IMG/VR virus record: IMGVR_UViG_3300046804_003469
Coordinates: 124,001 to 188,000 of that record
Direction: 5' to 3' (one strand)
DNA: 64,000 nt
Part shown: positions 1-10,464 of the stretch, in pieces
Numbering within the stretch: position 1 is the first letter of the stretch
How the letters are laid out: every line of letters begins with the position of its first letter
The notes under the pieces: generated by a model
What the model was told of the DNA's origin: nothing
The model's database searches: none
Seen by the model: only the letters and a program-made list of their open reading frames with translations
Position numbers and translations under genes: made by a program

Positions 1-3000
1 AATCATATCTATTTTCCAGGCCCCATGGATGGAAAACTTGAATTTTCTTATTACACATATGAAAATACTTTAGAATCTCAAATACTTGATTCTCAAAGAT
101 TAATTAGAAAAATATCTAATCCAGAACCTATTTCAAATCCAAAAGAAACCTATCCAGGAGCAACTGGAATTTTGGTTAATGGAGTTGAAATTTTAAATTA
201 TAAATCTAGAGATAGTATCTATTATGGATCAATAGAAGATATTGAAGTATTAAGATCAGGTGAAGGATTTAATGTTATAAATCCACCAGTGTTACAAATT
301 TCAGATTCCACAGGAACTGGTGCATCTGGACATTGCTGTGTAATTGGTTCATTGGATAGAATTGATATTGTTGATCCTGGTTTTGATTATTTGGATGAAC
401 CAAATATTGTAATCAAGGGTGGAAATGGTAAAAATGCAGAAGCTAAAGCCAGATTAATAGAATTTGAGCATATTGTATACTTTAATTCTCAACCAACTGC
501 GTTATGCGTAAACATATCTGATTCTTCCATAGTATTTCCAAAATATCATAAATTTAGAGATTTTGAATCTGTACTTTATAGATCATATGGTCAGCAAGAA
601 ATAACTGGATTAATTTCTGGATCAATATACTATGTTAAAGTTATAAACGAATATAAAGTACAGTTTTATTCTTCATTTGAAGATGCAGTTAATCAGGTTA
701 ATAAAATATCTTTAACTGGGCATGGGATTGGAAATCATAGTTTCCAGAGCACTAAAAATAAAAATAAAATAGGATCTATTGATATTATTGATCCTGGTTT
801 TGATTATGCTAATCAAAAAATTATTGTATCTTCGTCTGGAATTAATACTGCTTCTAATACTATATTATTCAAAAATCATGGTTATCAAAGTGGTGAAATA
901 GTAGTTTACAAACAGTCATCTGTAACTCCAATTTCAGGTTTAACCACACAAACTTCTTATTATGTAACTAAAGTTAATGATGATGAATTTAGACTATCAC
1001 GTATAAACAATCAAGCAGTAGGAATAAATTCTTCAAACTTAGAATTTTATTATACGACCAATCAATATGTAAATTTAACTTCAACTGGTGAAGGATTTCA
1101 TGAATTTAATTATGAACCAATTACTGTAGAAGTTATTGGAAATATTGGAGTTTCTTCTGTTTATAATCAAAATTTCAGTGCTATTCTTCAACCAATTTTT
1201 AAGGGAGGAATAAGCAAAGTATTTTTAGAAACTAATGGATCATCATACGGAAATGAAGAAATAATAAACTATGAAAAACAACCAACTTTATCTTTACTCA
1301 ATGGATCTGGTGCATTAGTAAGACCAGTAATTAACAATGGGTCTATAGTTGACATTTTAGTACAAAATCCTGGAATAAATTACAATTGTCCTCCAGATTT
1401 AGTAGTTAATGGTGATGGTTTTGGTGCTTTGTTAGTTCCTATAGTTGAAAATGGTTATTTAAAAAATATAAAAATAGTAGATGGTGGTTTTGGATATAAT
1501 GAAAGTAATACCACAATCAATGTTATCTCGACTGGTTATAATCAACAGTTAAAAGCAAACATTAAAAGTTGGAGAATTAATTTAGTTGAAAGAAGTATTC
1601 AAAATAATCAAATAACAGATGATGATGGATTTATTGATTCTGGTTTAAACGATAGTTATGGATTACAGTATACTCATGCTTACGCTGGAAGAAAATTCAG
1701 ATCTTCTACATTATCATCAAGATATGTTAATGGTGTTATTAGATATTATCCAGATTTACAAATGTCTGGAGGTATTGAAGTAGATTCTCCATCTCACTCT
1801 CCAATTATTGGTTGGGCATATGATGGAAATCCAATATATGGACCTTATGCATATTCATCCAAAGATGGAGGACCAATAAGATCATTAAAATCAAGTTATA
1901 TTTTACAAAACTCTTCAAATAGACCAAATATTTCTAATTATCCATTAGGAATATTTGTTGAAGACTATGTATATAATGCATCTGGTGATCTTGATGAATT
2001 TAACGGAAGATTTTGTAAAACACCAGAATTTCCTAATGGAGTTTATGCTTATTTTTGCACCATAGAGAATATTGTTCAATCTTTTGGACCTTTTAAAAAT
2101 TATAAAAAACCATCATTTCCATACATCATTGGAAACTACTATAAATCAAAACCAATTGATTTTAATTTCAACAAATCTTCAAATCAAAATGAAATTGATA
2201 TAAACAAAACTGGTTGGTTAAGAAATACTAGTGCTTATAATTTACTTCAAGAAAAAAGTGGTTATGATTATATTTTTAGACCTTATAAAATTAAAGAGCA
2301 ATTTTCAATTATTAACTCAGTATCTAGAGGAAAGGTAGATAGTATTGGCATTTTAACTGGGGGATATAATTATAAAGTTAAAGACAAAGTTATTTTTGAT
2401 AACACTAAAACAACAGGTACTGATGTATCTGCGGAAGTATCTTTAATAAAAGGTAAAAAGGTTAATTATGTAAGTACAGCATCATCTATTACCAACAATG
2501 TAGAACTTATTGCGGTTTCACCATCATCATTCGTAGGATTTACTACACTTCCACATGACTACAATAATAATGATATTGTATCATTTACTGGATTATATGA
2601 CTTTAAAAAATATGGGACAATCAAGATTTCAGAAAATCAATTATTCTTAAGAACTGGCGTTTCTTCAGTATTATATACTGGAATAGTTACTTATTTTGAT
2701 GTATTTGGATCTTTAGATTTTCCAAGAATTAGAGAAAATGACATTTATCAAATTGAAAACGAACAAGTAAAGATATTAAATATCGATCCATCATCATCAA
2801 GAATAAGAGTATTACGTAATCAAAATGGTACTGTTGGTGTTACATCATATAGTTCTGGATTTAGATGTTCCGAAATTACAAGAAAATTTGAAGTAAGTTT
2901 TGGTATTAGTTCTTCATATAGTTCTACACCAAACAAAGAAATATACTTTGATCCTTATGAATCTGTTGGTATAGGAACAAGCGTAGGTGTTGGAATCAAT

Positions 3001-6000
3001 TCTACAATTTATTTTTCAAATCCAGGAATTGGACCAAGATTTATAACAATTCCAACTAAAACAATATACTTACCAAATCATCAACTTAATACTGGATCTG
3101 AATTAATTTATTCATCTAATGGTGGAAGTCCAATATCAATTTCCACAGATGGTTATACTTCTACATCTTTACCTGATAATTCAGTAGTTTATGTAGCAAA
3201 AATAACTGATAATTTAATTGGCATATCCACAGTTTTGGTTGGGTTAGACACTACTGGTAATTTTTCTGGAATTGGAACAAATTCTTCAATAAGTACTCTA
3301 TATTTCACGAATAAGGGATCTGGAAATTATCATAGTTTTAAAACAAATTATCAAGATACACTAGTTGGAGATTTAAGTAGAAATACTGTAACTGTATTTA
3401 CAAAACAAAATCATAATTTACAATTAAATGATAATGTAATTATTGATATTTCATCTGGTATAACAACAGTGGTTAATGTTCAATATAATGATTATAATAG
3501 AAGATTAGTAGTTAATTCAAAAAACTTTAGTGAATCTGATGTAGATATATTGAAAAATACCATTAGAATTCCAAATCACAATTTCCAAGAAGGTCAAAAA
3601 GTAATCTATAAGTCTACAGCTTCAGGTATAGAGACAATATATTATGTTATTATTGTAGACTCTAATAGAATTAAACTTTCAAATAGTTATTATGAAGCAA
3701 CATTATCAAATCCAATAGAAGTTAATATTGGATTTGCTAAAACTTCTGGTTCATTATTACCTATTAATCCTCCAATTGAATTATATAAAAATAGTATAGT
3801 AAAATTTGATCTATCAGATTCTTCATTATCTTATAGTAAAAATTTCACTTCATATCCTGCTTTCCATTTCGATTTTTATAAGGATCCAGATTTTAAATAC
3901 AAATATGAAATTTCTGAAGGATCTTTATCTTATGAAGTGTATAGAATTGGAAAAATTGGTATTGATAGCACTGCCGCTGTTTATTTGACAATTACCGATA
4001 ACACTCCACAAAATTTATACTATAGATTAGAACCAATAGATCCAGTTAATAATTTACCAGAGAAATTAAGTATCATTGTAGATGATGATCAAGTAATTAA
4101 TCACAACAAATTATATTTTGTCGATAGTAAGTATAATGGAACTCATACAATAAGTGGAATTGGATCAACTTCATTTACATTTTCATTATTGGATACTCCA
4201 GAGAAAAATAGTTATTATCCATATGAAGGTGATTTAAATTATTACACAAATTCTTCAACTGCTTCTGGAGAAATATATGAATTAAAATTAACTTCTAAGG
4301 GTAGAAGTTATAACAATGTTCCAGATATAGTTGGTGTTGTTACAAATACTGGTAACTCTGCTATTCTCGAATGTCAAACTAACAGTATTGGTAAAATTCT
4401 TAATACTACAATTAAAGACATTGGATTTGATTATTCATCAGATTTATCTTTAAGACCATCTGCTAAACTACCTAGTTTAGTTAAATTGCAATCTTTATAT
4501 TCATTAGATTATATTGGTATTACTTCTTCTGGAAGAAATTATGTTACTCCTCCAGATTTACTTTTATTTGATGGTTATACTCAAAAAATAGTAACAGATG
4601 TTGATTTAAGATATGTCAAAAATAGAAATCGTGTAACAATTTTAAAGAATACTACTTCTCTTTATAATTCTATTCCAACAATTTTGCCAATTAATAATTC
4701 AAATGGAATAAAAATTAAATCAATCACTTACGAACCAACAACTGGAATTGCATCAGTAACTCTTGCCCCAAGTTACAGTGATAGAGATGTTTTTCCTTTT
4801 GAAGTTGGTGATAATGTTATGATTGAACATACTAGTGTAGGAATTGCTACTACTGGTAAAGGATATAATACTGAAGATTATAATTATCAGTTCTTCGAAA
4901 TTGTATCCATGGATCCAAATATTGGAGGAGCCAATGGAAGTGTAAGATTTAGTTTAAATGGATTATTGTCACCAGGAGAATATCCTGGAACATATGATTC
5001 TGATAATTCATTGGGTACAATTGTTCCCGAAAAATTCTTCCCAATATTTAAACCAGTATTAAAGAAAAATAATTTCTTTGTTGGTGAAACTGTAATTTCA
5101 AAATCATCCCAAACTACTGGTGTTGTTGATAGTTGGAATACTAATAGTAATTATCTTAAAGTATTAGAAGATAGAACAAAGTTTAATGTTGGTGAAACTA
5201 TTGTTGGAAAATCATCCAAAACGCAAGGAGTTATTTCAGATATAATAAGATTTGATGCTGTTTATGATGTTAATGGATCATCAATAGTCAGAAAAGGATG
5301 GAATCTTGATACTGGATTTTTAAATGAACATTCTCAAAGATTGCATGATAGTGATTATTATCAAAATTTCTCATATTCTTTAAAATCAAAAGTACCTTAT
5401 GATGTTTGGAACACATCCGTTTCTGTTCTCAATCATACCGCTGGATTTAAAAGATTTTCTGATTTAATTATAGAATCAGTTCCTATTCCAAAATCTAGCA
5501 ATATTGTTGGAATAGGAACTACAGTTAATGTTGGAGTTGGAACTGTACGAGATGATATTGTTGGAATGCAGACATCACAAAATAATGGAGACTTTAGTAG
5601 TAGAGTTGATATTATTGAATATGTTGATACAAATACAATTTATGATTTTGACCTAGTTAAGGAAAGAACTATTTCAAATAGATCAAATAATCTCGTTTTT
5701 AATTCTAGAGTTATACAGGATTATATTGAATCTGTAGGAAATAGAGTACTTATTCTTGATGATTTAAGTCCTAGTTTTAATAGCAATCCAAGACCTACAA
5801 TATTCACTCCAGTAGATCAATTTAATTTAAATTATTATAGATCTAAAAAATATTTTGCTTTAGTTCAGGATAGAGCAAATATTAATGGAAGACAGGCAAA
5901 CTTGGTAACATTAGTGCAAAATGGAAAATATGGATTTATAAGTCAATATGGTATTTTAAATACTATTTCTCAACTTGGATATTATGATTTTTCAATCTCT

Positions 6001-9000
6001 GGCGATAGAGGAAGTTTAGATTTTTATCCATTGCTTTATTCAATTAATAACTATGATATTTCTTTAGTTTCATTTGATACTATTGATAAATTTGTTGGAA
6101 TAGGAACTACAACTTTAGGTAATGTTGTTAAGATTGACTCATCAACATCATCTCTTCCTGTTGGATTCAGCACTCAGAAAAATATTGTTGGTATTTCAAG
6201 TACTTATAGAACTTCTAAAATTTTAGTTACTATAGGATCTACAGAAAATAATTATTATGAATACAATGAATTAACATTATTGCATGATGGTACAAATGTT
6301 AATATACTTGAATTTGGAAGATTGAATACGGATACTTTAGGATATAATGCTACTACTGGTCTTGGAACTTACAGTGCATCATTATCTGGATCAAATGTAT
6401 ATCTTAATTTCCAACCATATACATCATTAACACATAATTATGTTGTTAACACTGTAAATTTATCCATCGGCAATACAAGTACTACTGCTACGGATAGCAT
6501 TCTTCTTAGTAATAGTAATTTAAAATCTACACGAGTAGCAATTTCTTCTTCTCCATCACCATCAGCAGTTGGAATTGCCACTTACTCAAAATTATATTAT
6601 AAATCTTGTTACTTGATTGTTTCTATTGAAGATAAAACAAATCAAAAATATCAAGTATCTGAAGTAGCTTTAGTTGATGATGACATAACCACTTATCTTG
6701 TTGAATATGGAGTTGTTCCTGTAAGTTCTGGTTTAGGTACATTTTCAAGTTCAATAGTTGGAAGTGGTTCTACATTATCTACTGTTGTATATTTTACACC
6801 AAACCCAAACATTAATGCGGAAGTTAGAGTATTCCAGACTTCTTTAGGAAATTATGGATCCAATTTAACCTCATTATCCACAATAGATTTTGCTAAAAAT
6901 GCTGCAATAAATGCAAATAATGCAATTTATATTGGCAATGAATTAGATATTAAAAAGCAATTTGATTTGACATATAAGCAAAATCCAGTATTTGTACAAT
7001 CATTTGATTCTACTGATAATACAGTTGTAGATATTGCAAACGATCAATTCAATTTAATAAATCATTATTTTACGAATGGTGAAAAAGTAGTGTATTCTTA
7101 TGGTGATCCAACTTTATATTCTCCCGTAGGAATTGCAACTACAACAATTTCTGGAATATCGACAAATGTATTACCTTCATCACTTTATATTGTAAAGGTA
7201 AATGAATCTGCAGTTAAAGTTGCAGCATCGGCAACTGATGCATTATCATCTCCACCAAAAATATTGGATATTAATTCTCTTGGAATAGGTACGGTTCATA
7301 CATTTACAGCAGTCAATCAAAATGTCAAATCTTTAATTACAATTGATAATGTAATACAATCACCAATAGTTGGGACAAATGTAACATGTTTCCTCGATTC
7401 TGATATCGGAGGATCAAATGAAACATTAGTATTTACTGGTATTAGTTCGTTCTTTGGTGGTGATATTGTTCAAATTGATGATGAGTTGATGAAAATTCAA
7501 GCAATAGGAATTGGATCAACAAATTATGTTCTTGTCCAAAGACCTTGGTTGGGAACAGTAGCAAAACCTCATAGTAAAAACAGTTTAATTAAAAAGGTAA
7601 GTGGTAATTATAATATTGTTGATAATACTTTATACTTTGCCGAAGCACCTTATGGTAAATTTATACCTCCAAATACTTTCAATGATCCACTTGAAGTTGA
7701 TTATACTGGTTTAATAACAGCTTCATCATTCTCTGGAAGAATATTTTTAAGGTCTGGATTAAACAATTCTGGTTCCGAAGCTTATTCTGGAAATTATATT
7801 TTTGATGATATTTCTCAACAGTTCAATGGTACAAGAAATTCATTTAATATAACATCAAACAATCAAAATATTACTGGATTTTCAACAGGAAATGCAATAG
7901 TTTTATATAATGATATTTTCCAAAATCCTTTAGAATTTAATTCAATCAATAATATTGCAGATTACAGATTATTAGAAAATTCTGGAATTACATCAATTAC
8001 CTTTACTGGATCTAATTTATCTGCAAAATATGATATTAATACTGGCAATCTTCCTCGTGGTGGTATTATTTTATCAGTTGGATCATCTCAGGGATATGGT
8101 TATCAACCTTTAATCTCTGCGGGTGGTACATGTACATTATCTGGAATAGGTTCTATACAATCAATTAGTATCGGTAATAGTGGATCTGGATATAGAGTAG
8201 GAATTCAAACAGTTAGAGTTGGAGTTCAAACTTACAGTGTTGGGAAACCGAATATTACTTATGTTGGAATTGCTTCAATATCAAAAGGTAATATTGTAAG
8301 TGTTGCAATTACTAATCCAGGAGTAGGATATACCAACTATTCAACTTTTGCATATTCATATACATCTGCACAAATTTCTGCTGGTTCTACCATCATACCT
8401 TTGAATAATATTACTAATATTATTACTGGAAATTACATTTCAGTTGGTTCTGCATTGACAAATGTTTATGTTACTGGAATTGGAAGTACTTTTGTAACTA
8501 TTGGAGTTGCGAATACCACAAATAGAATTATTTCATATGGTTCTACAACAACCATCAAATCTTATAGTCCACCTAAAGTAATTTTTGACGACCCAATACC
8601 ATACACAAACATACCTTTATCTTATAGTTCTGAGTCTACTCCTGGAATTGGTACGCAGGCAACTATAGATATTGTAGTTGGACAAGGTTCAAGTGTAATT
8701 TCATTTGAAATTAAGAATTATGGTTATGCTTATGGTAATAAGGAAATACTAACTGTTCCAGTTGGAGGAAGCACTGGAATACCTACAGATACTACTAAAA
8801 CTTTTACAGAATTTAAATTATACATTGATAAAGTTTTCAATGATAAATTCTCTGGATGGACTGTTGGTGATTTACAAGTTTTAGATCCAATCAATGCATA
8901 TTTTGATGGGGTGAGAAAAGTATTTCCAATCAATTTAAATGGACAAAGAGTTTCAATTGTATCAAGAAAAGGATCTACAATAGAATTACAAGCAAATCTA

Positions 9001-10431
9001 TTAGTTTTTATTAATAATACTTTACAAGTTCCAGGAATTTCATATATCTTTAATGGTGGAAGTAACATAACATTCTTAGAAGCTCCTAAAGCAGGAGATC
9101 TATCGAAACTCGTATTTTATGCTGGAACTTCAAGCATTGATACTGTAGTAAGTAACATTTTAGAAAGTATTAAAGTAGGAGATACTGTTCAAGTTATTGG
9201 AGATACTAAAAATCTTGTAGAAAATGAAAGAGTAGTAACAGATATTGTTTCTACGGATGAAATTAATACTAATGTTTATCGCGGTCCAGGGATAACTTTA
9301 GATCAAACTTTATTGAGACCTTTGAATCTATATAAGCAAACTGAAGATAGAATTGTTTATGGAAAATATGTTGCAAAAGATAGACCTAGTTATGAACCTT
9401 TAATCTATCCATCAACGAATATTATTCAAAGTATTGGATCTGGAACTAGTGTATTCTATGTTGAAAATGTAAAAACTATATTTGATAATTTGAAAGAAAA
9501 TGTCAGTTCTGCATATCAATCCAAGATTGAAATTATTTCACAAGATGTTAATGTTGGTGCATATGCTACTGCAATAGTTTCTGCAGCTGGTTCTATAACT
9601 TCTTTCAATATAATCAATAGCGGAAGTGGTTATTTAAATAGTCCATCTGTTCACATTTCGTCTCCAACTGGAATAGGAACAACTGCAATTATTACATCAA
9701 CTATTGCAAATGGATCTATAACAAACTTATCAATATCTAATTCTGGATCTGGATATGATCCTCAAAATCCACCTTTACTTTTAATTGATCCTCCAACAAT
9801 AATAGACGAAGTGGATAATAATGTTTTATACTATGGAGATTTTGGTAATATTACTCAAATAAGAAAAACTTCTGTAGTTGGAGTAGCTTCTACTGGGTTA
9901 TACTTCAATTTCTTTATCCCATTAGATTCTCCTTTAAGAGATCAAACTGTAGTAGGAACTGCAATAACTATAAGTACTATTCAAAGTGGAGATTATTTTG
10001 TAGTAAATAACTCTAAAGTTGGGTCTGGTTTAACATCATTAAATTCGACCAATTCAACTGTTGGAATTGCAACTTCTTGTATTGATACTGTTTACCAAGT
10101 TCTTTCATCTTCAGTAGTATATAAAAATGTTGCTGGAATAGGAATAACAGCGGTTAAGGAAGTATTGGTTGGTGTATCTTCTTATAAAGGATATGATTTT
10201 AGTTTATCAACTTTTGATTGTACTACATTAACATTTGATTCAACATCTTCACAATTTACTTTTGATACAAATATAATTTATTATGCAAATTATAGTTGGG
10301 GTAAAATTATTCCATCCGCTAGAACAACAAGTTCATCTTTTAACTTCTATGGAACCAATGGAATTACTGGAATCACAACTTCTGCAATCATTAAACGTTA
10401 TAATCCTTTGACATACGTAAATTATACCTAA
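1..10431 (+). CDS. Giant baseplate wedge protein, gp7-like (5'-truncated; frame is open from position 1)
   Basis: More than 3468 aa. Has a YHYH-type domain (HSPIIGWAYDGNPIYGPY...DLDEFNGRFCKTPEFPNGVYAYF), a LHDSDYYQNFSYSLKS...HTAGF wedge motif and repeated GSGY beta modules. Lies upstream of gp8. Confidence 0.75.
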   Translation, partial: NHIYFPGPMDGKLEFSYYTYENTLESQILDSQRLIRKISNPEPISNPKETYPGATGILVNGVEILNYKSRDSIYYGSIEDIEVLRSGEGFNVINPPVLQISDSTGTGASGHCCVIGSLDRIDIVDPGFDYLDEPNIVIKGGNGKNAEAKARLIEFEHIVYFNSQPTALCVNISDSSIVFPKYHKFRDFESVLYRSYGQQEITGLISGSIYYVKVINEYKVQFYSSFEDAVNQVNKISLTGHGIGNHSFQSTKNKNKIGSIDIIDPGFDYANQKIIVSSSGINTASNTILFKNHGYQSGEIVVYKQSSVTPISGLTTQTSYYVTKVNDDEFRLSRINNQAVGINSSNLEFYYTTNQYVNLTSTGEGFHEFNYEPITVEVIGNIGVSSVYNQNFSAILQPIFKGGISKVFLETNGSSYGNEEIINYEKQPTLSLLNGSGALVRPVINNGSIVDILVQNPGINYNCPPDLVVNGDGFGALLVPIVENGYLKNIKIVDGGFGYNESNTTINVISTGYNQQLKANIKSWRINLVERSIQNNQITDDDGFIDSGLNDSYGLQYTHAYAGRKFRSSTLSSRYVNGVIRYYPDLQMSGGIEVDSPSHSPIIGWAYDGNPIYGPYAYSSKDGGPIRSLKSSYILQNSSNRPNISNYPLGIFVEDYVYNASGDLDEFNGRFCKTPEFPNGVYAYFCTIENIVQSFGPFKNYKKPSFPYIIGNYYKSKPIDFNFNKSSNQNEIDINKTGWLRNTSAYNLLQEKSGYDYIFRPYKIKEQFSIINSVSRGKVDSIGILTGGYNYKVKDKVIFDNTKTTGTDVSAEVSLIKGKKVNYVSTASSITNNVELIAVSPSSFVGFTTLPHDYNNNDIVSFTGLYDFKKYGTIKISENQLFLRTGVSSVLYTGIVTYFDVFGSLDFPRIRENDIYQIENEQVKILNIDPSSSRIRVLRNQNGTVGVTSYSSGFRCSEITRKFEVSFGISSSYSSTPNKEIYFDPYESVGIGTSVGVGINSTIYFSNPGIGPRFITIPTKTIYLPNHQLNTGSELIYSSNGGSPISISTDGYTSTSLPDNSVVYVAKITDNLIGISTVLVGLDTTGNFSGIGTNSSISTLYFTNKGSGNYHSFKTNYQDTLVGDLSRNTVTVFTKQNHNLQLNDNVIIDISSGITTVVNVQYNDYNRRLVVNSKNFSESDVDILKNTIRIPNHNFQEGQKVIYKSTASGIETIYYVIIVDSNRIKLSNSYYEATLSNPIEVNIGFAKTSGSLLPINPPIELYKNSIVKFDLSDSSLSYSKNFTSYPAFHFDFYKDPDFKYKYEISEGSLSYEVYRIGKIGIDSTAAVYLTITDNTPQNLYYRLEPIDPVNNLPEKLSIIVDDDQVINHNKLYFVDSKYNGTHTISGIGSTSFTFSLLDTPEKNSYYPYEGDLNYYTNSSTASGEIYELKLTSKGRSYNNVPDIVGVVTNTGNSAILECQTNSIGKILNTTIKDIGFDYSSDLSLRPSAKLPSLVKLQSLYSLDYIGITSSGRNYVTPPDLLLFDGYTQKIVTDVDLRYVKNRNRVTILKNTTSLYNSIPTILPINNSNGIKIKSITYEPTTGIASVTLAPSYSDRDVFPFEVGDNVMIEHTSVGIATTGKGYNTEDYNYQFFEIVSMDPNIGGANGSVRFSLNGLLSPGEYPGTYDSDNSLGTIVPEKFFPIFKPVLKKNNFFVGETVISKSSQTTGVVDSWNTNSNYLKVLEDRTKFNVGETIVGKSSKTQGVISDIIRFDAVYDVNGSSIVRKGWNLDTGFLNEHSQRLHDSDYYQNFSYSLKSKVPYDVWNTSVSVLNHTAGFKRFSDLIIESVPIPKSSNIVGIGTTVNVGVGTVRDDIVGMQTSQNNGDFSSRVDIIEYVDTNTIYDFDLVKERTISNRSNNLVFNSRVIQDYIESVGNRVLILDDLSPSFNSNPRPTIFTPVDQFNLNYYRSKKYFALVQDRANINGRQANLVTLVQNGKYGFISQYGILNTISQLGYYDFSISGDRGSLDFYPLLYSINNYDISLVSFDTIDKFVGIGTTTLGNVVKIDSSTSSLPVGFSTQKNIVGISSTYRTSKILVTIGSTENNYYEYNELTLLHDGTNVNILEFGRLNTDTLGYNATTGLGTYSASLSGSNVYLNFQPYTSLTHNYVVNTVNLSIGNTSTTATDSILLSNSNLKSTRVAISSSPSPSAVGIATYSKLYYKSCYLIVSIEDKTNQKYQVSEVALVDDDITTYLVEYGVVPVSSGLGTFSSSIVGSGSTLSTVVYFTPNPNINAEVRVFQTSLGNYGSNLTSLSTIDFAKNAAINANNAIYIGNELDIKKQFDLTYKQNPVFVQSFDSTDNTVVDIANDQFNLINHYFTNGEKVVYSYGDPTLYSPVGIATTTISGISTNVLPSSLYIVKVNESAVKVAASATDALSSPPKILDINSLGIGTVHTFTAVNQNVKSLITIDNVIQSPIVGTNVTCFLDSDIGGSNETLVFTGISSFFGGDIVQIDDELMKIQAIGIGSTNYVLVQRPWLGTVAKPHSKNSLIKKVSGNYNIVDNTLYFAEAPYGKFIPPNTFNDPLEVDYTGLITASSFSGRIFLRSGLNNSGSEAYSGNYIFDDISQQFNGTRNSFNITSNNQNITGFSTGNAIVLYNDIFQNPLEFNSINNIADYRLLENSGITSITFTGSNLSAKYDINTGNLPRGGIILSVGSSQGYGYQPLISAGGTCTLSGIGSIQSISIGNSGSGYRVGIQTVRVGVQTYSVGKPNITYVGIASISKGNIVSVAITNPGVGYTNYSTFAYSYTSAQISAGSTIIPLNNITNIITGNYISVGSALTNVYVTGIGSTFVTIGVANTTNRIISYGSTTTIKSYSPPKVIFDDPIPYTNIPLSYSSESTPGIGTQATIDIVVGQGSSVISFEIKNYGYAYGNKEILTVPVGGSTGIPTDTTKTFTEFKLYIDKVFNDKFSGWTVGDLQVLDPINAYFDGVRKVFPINLNGQRVSIVSRKGSTIELQANLLVFINNTLQVPGISYIFNGGSNITFLEAPKAGDLSKLVFYAGTSSIDTVVSNILESIKVGDTVQVIGDTKNLVENERVVTDIVSTDEINTNVYRGPGITLDQTLLRPLNLYKQTEDRIVYGKYVAKDRPSYEPLIYPSTNIIQSIGSGTSVFYVENVKTIFDNLKENVSSAYQSKIEIISQDVNVGAYATAIVSAAGSITSFNIINSGSGYLNSPSVHISSPTGIGTTAIITSTIANGSITNLSISNSGSGYDPQNPPLLLIDPPTIIDEVDNNVLYYGDFGNITQIRKTSVVGVASTGLYFNFFIPLDSPLRDQTVVGTAITISTIQSGDYFVVNNSKVGSGLTSLNSTNSTVGIATSCIDTVYQVLSSSVVYKNVAGIGITAVKEVLVGVSSYKGYDFSLSTFDCTTLTFDSTSSQFTFDTNIIYYANYSWGKIIPSARTTSSSFNFYGTNGITGITTSAIIKRYNPLTYVNYT

Positions 10432-10437
10432 TAAATA
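10430..10437 (+). promoter_or_regulatory. T4-type late promoter (AATAAATA)
   Basis: NATAAATA in the intergenic gap, about 27 nt before the ATG at 10465. Confidence 0.7.
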
Positions 10438-10464
10438 TTTCATAATTAGGTTTTTCTAAAAAAG

